Of a stretch of DNA of 64,000 nucleotides, positions 36,701-49,750 are shown piece after piece. A program made the position numbers and the translations under genes. The stretch's first letter is position 1, and each line of letters opens with the position of its first letter. Origin of the DNA: Eledone cirrhosa (taxonomy: Eukaryota); the NCBI GenBank assembly GCA_964016885.1, contig OZ024741.1, forward strand, positions 145,204,001-145,268,000, given 5' to 3'. Under the pieces are notes generated by a model. The model did no database searches and was not told the origin of the DNA. It saw only the letters and a program-made list of their open reading frames with translations.

Positions 36701-37559
36701 TGCTGCATTACTTCACAGTAATTGTTGTTGCTGCTATTTTATTTTAATCCAGGGTAGTCTGATTGAGCATGTTTATGTTTGAGTCATAACGAGTTCTACC
36801 TTTTATCAGATCTAGTGTATCTAGGGATATATTATCCAATGTGTGCTGCTTTTTTAAAGATGATAGGGTTTAAATTGAAACAAAGTGCATGCCACTCAGA
36901 CACAAAGGGAGTTCCTTGCTGGTCTGTATTATGTTTCATTATTGGTAGTGAAGAAGTAGTCTGATACTTTAGAGAAATCAATAGTTAACCAAATTTCAAA
37001 CAAATTCATTTCTTATTAGTAGATAGCCAAATATCACTACTTTATATGGTAGGAAATATAAGAAGTTTCGATTTTCACTCCTAAAGGCACATTAGAATTC
37101 TTGCATCAATGCAATAGATAAGCTTGGAGTAAGAGCACATCGTCCAAATAGTTCAATAGTGAATTGACTTAATCATTTCAAGTTTTATAATTTATAGACC
37201 ACAAACATTTTAAAGTCATATTTTTCTTAGTAAGGCAAGAATTAATCTTGCAGGCTCTATGAAATGCTTTATACACATCAATGTATTTTGGCTGGATGTC
37301 CCTTTCGATGCCAAATCTTTTAATTACCCCTTACAACATGCAGGGATACAGTGTAGATATTAAAAACTAGATACACACAGCAGGTGTTTATAATATATAT
37401 GCAATAAAATAATACAGATGACAACATAGTTTGGTATGAAATACTATAATATATGTGAATGTATTCAGGTGCAGGCATGACTGTGTTGTTAAGAAGGTCA
37501 TTTTACAACAATGTGGTTTCAGATCCAGTCACACACTCAGCTCAGAGTAGGGCTAAGTG

Positions 37560-39020
37560 CAGATGTAAGGTGGGTGGCCAGACACTTCATTGAGAGCATG
37601 CCTCCTTTGTCACCTCATGGGGAAACTGGACATGTGAAATGCTTTTAACAGTGTTATTTGAGATCACATGTTAGAGATGTGTCAAAGATGAGTTCCTTCT
37701 ATTCTCCCTTTTGCATATCTCTCTTATGGGACACCCAGCACACTTATTGCTGCTGTCAACAAGGTCACTTCTCTCACAAATGTTTAGAAAGTGGATCCAA
37801 TAGGCCCGCCCCTCTTTACATTGGCTGTTGACATTACCCACTTAATTCACTCACCCTTCAATGTTTGGTACCTGGATGATGTGACCCTGGGTGGCTTGCT
37901 TAAGTCATCCCTATTGCTCCTTGGACTTGAGATCGATTTCTCCAAGTCTGAAGTGATAAATATGAGCTACAGTGAAACTAAATTTCAAGATGCCAAACTC
38001 AGCATCTAATATACTCTGACTGGGGCACAACTAACCCAGAAAGATAGTGCATACTTTCTTGGCTCTCCAATTCTCTCAAAAGCCATAGGAGAGTGTCTAC
38101 ACTGCTGGTTTACATAACCTCAATCACCTTAAGCCACACCCTAATTGGTGAGACCGTATGCAAGACAGCAGAACCAGAACTTGATCATATGCAAGAAGCA
38201 GAACGTGAACTGGAAGCTGGAGTCAGCTCTGGCTGATTGGATTGATGAAGGCCTTGGCATCCCCTAGTATGCATATGCTTTATGCAACTGGGATGATATT
38301 AAGTGCAAGTCAACCTTCAAGCAGATTGAGTCTTTCTTAGACCAATGTTATCCTACCTCCCACCATTCTGCCTTGCAACCAAACAGCCATGCATGGCTGA
38401 ATTCAGTGCTCTTCTCATTAACTGGTACCCTTCAGGACGATGAGTGCACTCTCATCAGAGTGGCCCAGCACCTCAAACTCCATGTGTTTGAGCTGCACAC
38501 ATGCTGTTGTGGAGCTGTTGCTGATGCATTTGGTCTGCACCCACTATTTTACCACCATAGCACAAGTTAGTTCCCTTAACATTCCACTCTGAATGACATA
38601 ATCAGAAGGAGCCTTGATGCTGCCAGCTTCCCATCTAACTGAAGCCAGCTGGCCTTGAACATGGTGATGGTAAGCATCAAGACAGGATAACTCTTTTCAC
38701 ATATGAAGGAGGTAAATTACTAATATGTGATGACATGCTGCTATTCGTTCTCCCCCTCTAATCTTGTCACTTTGGCCAGAAATCTAGGCATTACAACTTG
38801 CAATACAGGGAAGAGGAAAATAACCAAATACTGAGGCTTGACAGATAGCTTGCTTTTTGTGCTGGTTGTCGTCGAGATATCAGGTGTCCTTGGTCCCTCG
38901 ACTGCTGTTTTCTTCCACAAAATTGGGATGACTGCAGCCTGCCTGTAGAAAAACTCCATGAGGTAGGGTAGTTGCTGCAGAGAGTGTTGCTGGCTATTTA
39001 AATTCTCTCTGTAGCTTAAT
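37560..39020 (+). mobile_element. CRE-clade non-LTR retrotransposon relic (RT plus restriction-like endonuclease)
   Basis: LDM.NAFNSV, DPIGPPLFTL, NVWYLDDVTLGG, AWLNSV, CCCGAVADAFGLHPL, HSTLNDIIRRSL, DGK..D.IT, K..KY, VEISGVLG, with many stops and frameshifts. Confidence 0.85.
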
Positions 39021-39882
39021 AAAATCTATGGTCATCAAGTTAGCAGTAATACGCTTGGAACTTAGAGTCCCTGGCTATTGATTTCAGAGAACTTTCTCTG
39101 TCTAGCATTGTGTGAAATTTGGTCTTTTACTAGGATAGTATATCTAACATGCTGCTTCCTATGGCTTTATATATTGCTCTAGGCTGGTTGGTTGCTTGCT
39201 GGGTGTTATGGCATGTCAAAGGGGATTCTAAACTCTAAAAATGTCTCTGCCCAGCATCATGTGATTATATAAAAGTTGGTCATTGGATATCTGTTTTGAT
39301 CCAGGATAGCATACGTCCATATTCACTATTAACTGTTATATCTGGACGCCATTCCCTTATCCATTATTTGTAGACGCATAAAGTTCTTTCTCATACGAAG
39401 AAAAAAACAATGAAAACCTGTACCTTGAGATTTTATTGGAATAATCTAAATGTCAGCTAACTGTTGTTTGCATAATTAAGATCTAAGTGGACTATAAACT
39501 GATTTAGAAGTTACAGTTATATGTGATCTTGGTATATTCTACATAGGTTTCCTGCATATAATTTAGAATTATCCCTATCACATTTCTATTTAACTCCAAT
39601 CAAAATATTAGTGAAGCAATTAAACAAAATAAATCCTCAGGGTACTATCGAAAAAGTAAGAAAGATATAAACTATTTCATCATATATATTTGATTGTGTG
39701 TTAATGTGTATCATCAGCATCATCTCCCCGATTTAATGTATATTTTTCCATGCTTGCATGGGTTAGATGGTTTGCCCACACCATGAGACAAGTCTGGCCA
39801 GCTGGCCACGCCGTACCTCGCACAGATGGAACTGTATTTTGGCTGGGATTTTTATGTATGCATATAAATATGTATATATATA

Positions 39883-41220
39883 TAGGAAAGAAAATAAGGC
39901 GGTAGTCCCATCTGGGAAATGGCCATGCTCAGTGTGTAGGAAAGGCGTAGGTAGAAACTCCATTTGATGTCCCAAATGCAAAGTATGGGTGCATAAAAGA
40001 TGTAGTGGGATCACAGGTAAGCTAACTAAGAACATAGATTTTACATGTGGCCGGTGCTCTGGTGCAATAAGTAGCAGCAAGTGCCCACAAAATACTAGCT
40101 CCTTCAACTGCGCAGAGGGTTCTATAGAAATAGTGGACAGCTTCCGTTACCTGGGTGACAAAATCAGCAGTGGGGGAGGGTGCTCTGAAAGTACAGTAGC
40201 TAGAGTCAGAACTGGATGGAAAAAGTTCAGAGAGCTTATACCACTATTAGCCGCTAGAGGGTTCTCCCTAAAAATGAAAGGCAGGTTATACGATGCCTGC
40301 ATACGAACAGCAATGCTGCATGGCAGTGAGACCTGGGCATTGTGTGCAGAGGATATACGCAGACTAGAGAGGAACGAAGCTTGCATGCTCCGCTGGATGT
40401 GCAATAGTAATATACGTGAACGGCAAAGCATAAACGAACTAAGGAAAAAATTAGAAATAAGAGGGATCAGATGTTGTTTACTTGAGAGAAGGCTACGTTG
40501 GTACGGTCACGTGATGCGCATGAAAGACGACAGCTGTATAACAAAGTGCAGGGCAATAAAGATAGACGGTAGCCACGGAGTAGGCAGACCCAGAAAAACA
40601 TGGGACAAGCTGATAAATTCCGACCTCACACGCTTACACCTCTCCAAGACAATGTCACTGGACCGAGACCTTTGGCGGTACTCAGTAATAGAGAAGACCC
40701 GCCTTACCTAAATACAAAGTAAAAACCTACTACAGTCAGTAGGCATCTCTATCAAAACACCCCCCCGTCCCACCACCTCCACCCCATCCACACCGCCCCT
40801 TTCAATGTAAAGTTATGTTGGTCCCACAACATCCAGGCCGAAACAAATGAGATCGTGTAGGTGTCACGACAAAAAAACACACAGTCCACGCTGTAAATGT
40901 GGCCGTGTAGGCAACACGGTAAAAACCTCCCAGCCCCACACTGTAAATGTGGTTGGTGTTAGGAAGGGCATCCAGCTGTAGAAAACCCGCCAGACAGGTC
41001 ACGCTGTAATGTGGCCGTGTAGGCAACACGGTAAAAACCTCCCAGTCCACACTGTAAATGTGGTTGGTGTTAGGAAGGGCATCCAACTGTAGAAAACCCG
41101 CCAGACAGTCCTATGCGAGCAAGACAACCACTCTTGCCTCAAGTGGGAAAACCCCCGTCCAAACCCATGCAAGCGTGGAACACGGACGCTAAACCTGATG
41201 ATGATGATGATGATGATGAT
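39883..41220 (+). mobile_element. RTE family A 3' fragment with a duplicated 3' UTR module
   Basis: PHD finger (one stop) plus ORF 39989-40711. UTR segment repeated at ~40889-40997 and ~40998-41107. Confidence 0.95.
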
Positions 41221-41259
41221 ATATATATATGTTAATATATAACATTCATGTCATTATAT

Positions 41260-42152
41260 ATCATCATCATCACCGTTTTACGTCCGTTCTTCCACGCTAG
41301 CATGGGTTAGACGGGTTGTCCTGTTGTGGGCAGTGTCTGGTCGGCTGACCATGCCTTGCTCATACAGGAACTGATCTGGCTTGATTTCTACAGCTGGATG
41401 CCCTTCCTAACACCAACCTCATTTACAGTGAGTGCTGGGTGCTTTTTCGTGGCGCCTACACGTCCACTTTACAGTGTGGGCTGGGTGCTTTTTTGCCGTG
41501 GCACCTCCACGACCACCTTGCGGTGGGGGGGGGGGGGGCATATTGTTTATATGCTTCAGCATGTACCCATGGGAGGTCGGGTACCCTGTATTACTGCGTG
41601 ACGCCAGAAGTCACGGTCGTGTGTCATTGACTTTGAGAGGTGTAGTTGGGTAAGGTCGGCTTTTATCACCTCATCCCAAGTCATCTTGGGTCTCCCCACT
41701 CCGCGGTTTCCATCAACTTCTAGTGCTCTGCACCTTTTTATGCAGCTGTCATCCTTCATACGCATCACATGTCCATACCAGCGTAACCGCCTCTCCTGCA
41801 CGCAGCATTTGATTCCTCTTATGCTCAGTCTCTCTCTCAATTCATTTATGCTTTGTCGCTCACGTATATTACTGTTACACATCCATCGGAGCATGCAGGC
41901 TTCGTTTCTCTCTAATCTACGTAAGTCTTCCACCTTCAGCGCCCAGGTCTCACTACCATGCAACATCGCTGTTCGGATACACGCATCATACAGTCTGCCT
42001 TTCATTCTGAGGGAGAAGCCTTTTGCAGCTAGCAGTGGTAGTAGTTCCCTAAACTTCTTCCATCCCGTTCTTACCCTAGTTATTGTACTTTCTGAGCACC
42101 CAAGTTATTGTACTTTCTGAGCACCCAAGTTATTGTACTTTCTGAGCACCCA
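41260..42152 (-). mobile_element. RTE family B 3' fragment
   Basis: ORF 41556-42005. The 5' junction has three copies of a 25-bp repeat. Confidence 0.94.
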
Positions 42153-42156
42153 TGTA

Positions 42157-42199
<43 letters not shown>

Positions 42200-42580
42200 C
42201 TGTCTGTATGCATGTAAAAAGTAAACAGAAATAAAGCAAATGACACAGTACAATGAAGAAATGTGTTAGTTTAATACTTGGATTAAATTAGTGAAGAGGA
42301 GGTTGGAGAGATGAAAGGAGGATTGGATGTAAATATAGGGCAAAAGGTGGAGAAAACATTTGAAGGTGGAATAAAGCTAGTGGAGGAAGGATTTGAAATT
42401 GGGGATGATATATATGTATATATATATAGGAAAATGTTAAAGTCCAGAAATAGCTGTCAAAACGGCTCAAGCTCTGCCGTCGGGGTCTTGAACATTTTCC
42501 TATTACCCACTCTACTACTCTAAGTATTGAGTACTCTGGTGTGTTATGGTCCACATGGTTCCTTACCACACTTCCTTCAT

Positions 42581-42616
<36 letters not shown>

Positions 42617-42617
<1 letters not shown>

Positions 42618-42959
42618 CATCATCATCATCATTTCATTTTACGTCCGCTTTTCCCTGCTTGCAAGGGTGGGACGGGAACTGATACTGGCTTGATTTCTAC
42701 AGCTGGATGCCCTTCCTAACACCAACCTCATTTACAGTGAGTGCTGGGTGCTTTTTTGCCGTGGCACCTACACGACCACTTTGCAGTGGAATGATAAGGA
42801 CCTCAGTCCCTATCATCTCATTTCTACAGCTGAGTAAACTGGAGCAATGTGAAATAAAGTGTCTTGCTCAAGGAAACAACACACCACCCGGTCTGAGAAT
42901 TGAACTCACAACCTTTCGATTGCAAGGCCAATGCTCTAACCACTAAGCCATGTGCCTCC
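42617..42959 (-). mobile_element. SINE-R, full length
   Basis: tRNA head to (GAT)n tail, with TA flanks. Confidence 0.9.
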
Positions 42960-43442
42960 ATATATATATACACTTATGTATCTGAGTGTGTATCTTATTA
43001 CTATTTTGTCCCAACTGTCTTATGGTTGAGTAAAAAAGGTTGGTGCTAGCTGCTTGCTTTTTTAACAAATGTGTTATTTGCCAAATGCCCAGCGCTTATC
43101 ACCCTTCTGTGACTGCTATATGACGTGATAAATTCTCCCCCTGGAGAATTTTCACTAGTAACAGTCAGTTAAGAAGTAGTCATTTCATTTGAGGAGTCAT
43201 TTGAAAAGCCAGTTGCATTACAGCTGCAAACCAATCAGCGAAACTGCAGTGAGGACTTACTTTGGAAAAAAAAATTAGGTATATTTTGTATATTTCTCCT
43301 CACATTTATAACTTGATATTTGGCTAGTCACACTTGGGGATCCATCCGAATCAGTTAGAGTCAGGTGCTTCTGATAGGACCTGCCCCAATGACCCTCTCA
43401 GAAATAAGTGACCAAAGAATAATAATATATATATATATATAT

Positions 43443-43800
43443 GGAAGCACATGGCTTAGTGGTTAGAGCATTGGCCTTTCAATCAAAAGGTTGTGAGTTC
43501 AATTCTCAGACCGTTTGATGTGTTGCTTCCTTGAGCAAGACACTTTATTTCACATTGCTCCAGTTTACTCAGCTGTAGTGGTCCCTATCATTCCACTGCA
43601 GAGTGGTCGTGGAGGTGTCATGGCAAAAAAAGCACCCAGCCCACACTGTAAAGTGGACATGTAGGTAAAAAAGCACCCAGCACTCACTGTAAATGAGGTT
43701 GGTGTTAGGAAGGGCATCCAGCTGTAGAAATCAAGCCAGAATCAGTTCCCGTCCCACCCTTGCAAGCAGGGAAAAGCGGACGTAAAATGATGATGATGAT
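43443..43800 (+). mobile_element. SINE-R, full length
   Basis: ggaagcacatggcttagtggttagagc...gggaaaagcggacgtaaaa(tga)n. Confidence 0.9.
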
Positions 43801-43884
43801 ATATACCGGTGTGTGTGAGCAGATGTGTGTGTGTACAAATTGATTTAAATATATATAAATATCATTATCATCATTGTCATCAAC

Positions 43885-43888
<4 letters not shown>

Positions 43889-43933
<45 letters not shown>

Positions 43934-43934
43934 G

Positions 43935-44016
<82 letters not shown>

Positions 44017-44062
44017 TATATATGTATATATATATGTATATATATATATGTATATATATATG

Positions 44063-44093
<31 letters not shown>

Positions 44094-44110
44094 GTATGTA
44101 TATATATATG

Positions 44111-44141
<31 letters not shown>

Positions 44142-44152
44142 GTATATATATG

Positions 44153-44185
<33 letters not shown>

Positions 44186-44206
44186 GTATATATATATATA
44201 TGCATA

Positions 44207-44251
<45 letters not shown>

Positions 44252-44261
44252 GTATATATAT
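43889..44261. repeat. Interrupted (TA)n/(TATG) microsatellite
   Basis: Direct inspection. Confidence 0.95.
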
Positions 44262-45837
44262 ATAGTGAAGAGTTTAGCATAAAAGTTGGTGTTCATCAGG
44301 GCTCCGTCCTTAGCCCCCTACTATTTATTATTGCCCTTCAGGCTATAACAGAGAGGTTCAAGACTGGCTGCCCATGGTAACTCCTATATGCAGATGATCT
44401 AACGCTCATAGCTGAATCAATGGCGGAACTAGAGAAGAAATTCCAAACATGGAAGCATAGCCTAGAATCAAAAGGCCTTAAAATTAACCTGTCTAAGACT
44501 AAAGTTCTAGTCTGTAGGAAGGAAAATAGGACACTGGTCCCATCTGGGAAATGGCCATGCTCAGTGTGTAGAAAGGAGGAGGCAGAAACTCCCTTTTATG
44601 TCCCAAATGCAAAGTAAGGGTGAATAAAAGATGTAGTAGGATCACAGGTAAGCTAACTAAGAACATAGATTTTATATGTGGCCGGTGCTCTGGTGCAATA
44701 AGTAGCAGTAAGTGCCCAGGGAATACTAGCTCATTCCATTGCACAGATGGTTCTATAGAAATAGTGGACAGCTGCCGTTACCTGGGTGACAAAATCAGCA
44801 GTGGGGGAGGGTGCTCTGAAAGTACAGTAGCTAGAGTCAGAGAGCTTATACCACTATTGGCCGCTAAAGGGTTCTCTCTAAAAATGAAAGGTAGGCTGTA
44901 TGATGCCTGCATATGAACAGCAATGTTACATGGCAGTGAGACCTGGGCATTGTGTGCAGAGGATATACGCAGACTGGAGAGAAACGAAGCTTGCATGCTC
45001 TGCTGGATGTGTAATAGTAATATACGTGAACGGCAAAGCATAAATGAACTAAGGGAGAAATTAGGAATAAGAGGGATCAGATGTTGTTTACTCGAGAGAA
45101 GACTACGTTGGTACAGTCACGTGATGCGCCTGAAAGACGACAGCTGTATAAAAAAGTGCAGGGTGATAAAAATAGACGGTAGCCACGGATTAGGCAGACC
45201 CAGAAAAACGTGGGACGACTGGATAAATTCCGACCTCACACACTTACACCTCTCCAAGACAATGTCACTGGACCGAGATCTTTGGTACTACACAGTAATA
45301 CAGAAGACCCGCCTTGCCTAAGTACAAAGCGAAACCTACAGTCAGTAGGCACCTCTAGCAAAATACACCCCCGTCCCACTACCCCGACCCCATCCACACC
45401 ACCCCCTTAAATGTGAAGTTATGTTGGTACCACAACATCCAGTCCGAAACAAATGAGGTCGTGTAGGTGTCACGTCAAAAAAACACACAGTCGACGCTGT
45501 AATGTGGCCGTGTAGGTAACACGGTAAAAACCTCCCAGTACACACTGTAAACGTGGTTAGTATTGGGAAGGGCACCCAGCCATAGAAAACCCCCCAGACG
45601 TGTAGGTGTCATGACAATAAAACACACAGTCCACGCTGTAATGTGGCCGTGTAGGTAACACGGTAAAAACCTCCCAGTCCACACTGTAAACGTGGTTGGT
45701 GTTAGGAAGGGCATCCAGCCGTAGAAAACCCGCCAGACAGTCCTGAGCAAGACAACCAATCTTGCCCCAAGTGGGACAATTCCCATCCAGACCCATGCTA
45801 GCGTGGAAAATGGACGTTAAACGATGATGATGATGAT
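44262..45837 (+). mobile_element. RTE family A fragment (RT C-half to tail), degenerate
   Basis: [23 protein letters not shown] relic, several stops. UTR module duplicated at ~45459-45735. Confidence 0.94.
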
Positions 45838-45912
45838 ATGTATATATATATGTGTATATATATATATATATGTATATATATGTATATATGTGTATATATA
45901 TATATGTATATA

Positions 45913-45985
<73 letters not shown>

Positions 45986-46288
45986 ACATACACATATATA
46001 CACCCATACAAATATATATATACATAATGTACACATCTATACATATAGAAATATGAATATTTGTCTTTAATTCTAGTGATTGCAAGTATTATTGTAAAAA
46101 GCTCTAGAAAGTAATGCTAATGAACTTGACTTGTCTTCTGTAGTTGAGTTAATGTTATAATATCGTCCCTATTGGGATACACACAACGATAATTAAATAA
46201 TGCTTCATTTATAGATATTCAATATCTACAGTACATCCCCTCCATCTGATAAATTATATAAATAAATATATATTTATATATGTGTCTG

Positions 46289-46369
<81 letters not shown>

Positions 46370-46373
<4 letters not shown>

Positions 46374-47200
46374 GGTTGTACGATGCCTGCATACGAAGAG
46401 CAATGTTGCATGGCAGTGAGACCTGGGCATTGTGTGCAGAGGATATGCGCAGACTAGAGAGGAACGAAGCTTGCATGTTCCGCTGGATGTGTAACAGTAA
46501 TATACGTGAACGGCAAAGCATAAACGAACTAAGGAAAAAATTAGAAATAAGAGGGATCAGATGTTGTTTACTCGAGAGAAGGCTACGTTGGTATGGACAC
46601 GTGATGCGCATGAAATTCGATAGCTGTATAACAAAGTGCAGGGCAATAAAGATAGACGGTAGCCACGGAATAGGCAGACCTAGAAAAACCTGGGACGAGC
46701 TGATAAACTCCGACCTCACACACTTACACCTCTCCAAGACAATGTCACTGGACCGAGACCTTTGGCGGTACTCAGTAACAGAGAAGACCCGCCTTACCTA
46801 AATACATAGTAAAACCTACTACAGCCAGTAGGCATCTCTAACAAAATACACCCCGTCCCACCCCCCCACCCCCACCCCCTCCACACCACCCCGTTCTACG
46901 TAAAGTTATGTTGGTGCCGCGCCATCCAGGTCGAAACAAATGAGATCGTGTAGGTGTCATGACAAAAAAACACACAGTCCACGCTGTAATGTGGCCGTGT
47001 AGGCAACACGGTTAAAAACCTCCCAGACCCACACTGTAAATGTGGTTGGTGTTAGGAAGGGCATCCAACTGTAGAAAACCTGCCAGACAGTCCTATGCGA
47101 GCAAGACAATCACTCTTGCCTCAAGTGGGACTACCCCCGTCCAAACCCATGCAAGCGTGGAACACGGACGTTAAACGTTGATGATGATGATGATGATGAT
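46370..47200 (+). mobile_element. RTE family A 3' fragment, young
   Basis: GRLYDACIR...VTEKTRLT; very similar to 6493-7318. Confidence 0.95.
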
Positions 47201-47551
47201 ATATATATATCTACCATAGAATCTTTAATAGAAGAACTATCAAACTATCTTACTCTACTGCAGCCAACACATAGAATCACACATACTAAAATCAACCACA
47301 AAAATATCTCTAAAGAAAATAACCTACCAACATACAGCACAGCACCAAATACAAAATGCAAACACATAACAAAATCTCAACCACAAACACACCAGGACGC
47401 ATCACGACAAAACACTAATAGGCCTAAATCTCAACCCACCCACAACAACATACAAAACCGCAATGGAGAACCTGCACACAGAAAAGCCTCCAATTGTAAC
47501 TGTCACCTACCGGATAAGTGCCCACTACAAAATAGATGCCTGGATTCGAGT

Positions 47552-47959
47552 ATGGTGTACCTGTTTACTGTAAATTCAGGCAACTTTACTTGGCACTACA
47601 TAGGTTCCACGGCTGGGGAGTTAAAAAAAAGGTGGTACGTTCACAGACACTCCATGAAGAACCGTAGACTGGAGAACTCTACAACGCTGGCCAATAAAAT
47701 CTGGCAGCTTAAAAACATAAACCAGGAATATAGGATTAGCTGGTCAAAATTATCAGGAGCAAGGGCCTACAACAAAGGAATGTCCCACTGCAGACTTTGC
47801 AATATGGAACTATTCCATATATTAAAGTACGATAAGATGCTGCTTAATAGCAAAATAGAAAGATCAATTTTCTGTAGGCATAAAATAGTTCACAAATTTC
47901 AAACCACCATGATTCGAGCCAGCAATCCCAAAATTAGAACTGAATCACATGGATTTTAA
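47552..47959 (+). CDS. GIY-YIG endonuclease domain of a PLE (5'-truncated)
   Basis: VY...YIG motif, conserved R, H, E and N residues, CxxC. Confidence 0.8.
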   Translation: MVYLFTVNSGNFTWHYIGSTAGELKKRWYVHRHSMKNRRLENSTTLANKIWQLKNINQEYRISWSKLSGARAYNKGMSHCRLCNMELFHILKYDKMLLNSKIERSIFCRHKIVHKFQTTMIRASNPKIRTESHGF

Positions 47960-48520
47960 CATGGATTTTAACATACCATCACACCGCTATTAGCTGTCAA
48001 GCGGCTGACTAGATCATAAATCTCTTAACATCTCTTTCACCCTCTCTCCCTGAAACACCATTAAGATAAGACAATCAGCAAAACATTTACCACACACATT
48101 TGTCAAACCTCCCTTCACCATCCACCCTTAACCCTTGGATCTCATACTGGTATCTCCCAATTAATCTCTAATTTATTGCTTTTTCTTTTATCTGTCACTA
48201 CCTCGGACTCTCTACAAGTATATATGTATGTTTCGAATATGACTTTTCATGTTAGCACTAAACCCACCACAGAATCCTTCTACGGACACTTCTACCACCA
48301 CTATCATAGTCTGTACTTACATGCTCCCACTTATCCTTATTTCTTTATATTTCTATTATTTTCCCATTCTCTTACTTTTTTACTGTATCTTTCTTCTTAC
48401 TTTTACTTTTTAGATCTGTAACTTCTTTACCTATTTATCATATATATTATATTATTGATGTTATTGTTTTGTTTATACACTATTTCTCTATATATTTCTT
48501 GCCATGTATGAATTATTTTT

Positions 48521-48630
48521 GTGTTCCGAAGATTTGATCAGAGGTAAATAATGTAATGGAGATTGAGTGACGCAACTTCGAGTGATTAGCGGCCTCTAGA
48601 TCACCTGATCAATGAAACAATTGTTAATAC
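48521..48630 (+). ncRNA. Type I hammerhead with long stem II (U4C core change)
   Basis: Stem I guguu/aauac; CCGAAGA; stem II uugaucag/cugaucaa; GAAA; c(aauu)g; GUU site at 48625; followed by AATAAA. Confidence 0.7.
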
Positions 48631-48918
48631 CTGAAATAAATCCCTTTGTTGTACAGCCAACCATGTTACTCTTCATTCTTTCACATATATATACATATAT
48701 ATATACATATGTATATATAGGAAAAAGTATGACCCCGATGGAAGAGCTCAAGCCGTTTCGACATATATATATATATATGTATATATATATGTGTGTATAT
48801 ATATATATGTATATATATGTGAAAGAATATATATATATATATATATATATAAGCAAAAGGGATATTGAACCATTAAGATCTCCTTCCTGGATATGTCAAT
48901 ATTATGAAACAAACTTTG

Positions 48919-48979
48919 TATTTTATCTGATGAGTGCGTACTAAAGTTTTGGTACTCTTGAAATATATATAATAGAATA
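48919..48979 (+). ncRNA. Type I hammerhead (isolated pLTR fragment)
   Basis: Stem I uauuuuau/auagaaua; CUGAUGA; imperfect stem II with guac/guac; GAAA; u(auau)a; AUA site at 48971. Confidence 0.7.
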
Positions 48980-49022
48980 AATAGGGTTTTATAAATATAG
49001 TTTCCATTTATTAATATCATTG

Positions 49023-49703
49023 ATCATCATCATCATCACCGTTTTATGTCCGTTCTTCCACGCTAGCCTGGGTGAGACGGGTTGTCCTGTTGTGGGCAGT
49101 GTCTGGTCGGCTGACCATGCCTTGCTCATACAGGAACTGATTTGGCTTGATTTCTACAGCTGGATGCCCTTCCTAACACCAACCTCATTTACAGTGAGTG
49201 CTGGGTGCTTTTTCGTGGCACCTACACGTCCACTTTACAGTGTGGGCTGGGTGCTTTTTTGCCGTGGCACCTCCACGACCACCTTGCGGTGGGGAGTGTG
49301 GGGGCATATTGTCTATATGCTTCAGCTTGTACCCATGGGAGGTCGGGTACTCTGTATTACTGCGTGACGCCAGAGGTCACGGTCGTGTGTCCTTGCCTTT
49401 GAGAGGTGTAATTGGGTAAGGTCGGCTTTTATCACCTCATCCCAGGTCATCTTGGGTCTCCCCACTCCGCGGTTTCCATCGACTTCTAGTGCTCTGCACC
49501 TTTTTATGCAGCTGTCATCCTTCATATGCATCACATGTCCATACCAGCACAACCGCCTCTCCTGCACACAGCATTTGATTCCTCTTATGTTCAGTCTCTC
49601 TCTCAATTCATTTATTCTTTGTCGTTCACGTATATTACTGTTACACATCCATCGGAGCATGCAGGCTTTGTTTCTCTCTAATCTACGTAAGTCTTCCACC
49701 TTC
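49023..49703 (-). mobile_element. RTE family B 3' fragment
   Basis: ORF 49322-49699 plus UTR and tail. Confidence 0.93.
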
Positions 49704-49750
49704 CACCTGATATATATATATATATATATATATGTGTATATATATATATA

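Larger units (their letters stand above)
47210..48690 (+). mobile_element. Penelope-like element 3' part (GIY-YIG with CNC..CPL linker; Nematis-type, tentative) plus pLTR
   Basis: CNCHLPDKCPLQNRCLDSSMVY...YIGST...KKRW..H..S...CRLC..E...LLN..CRHK; HHR in the 3' UTR. Confidence 0.88.
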
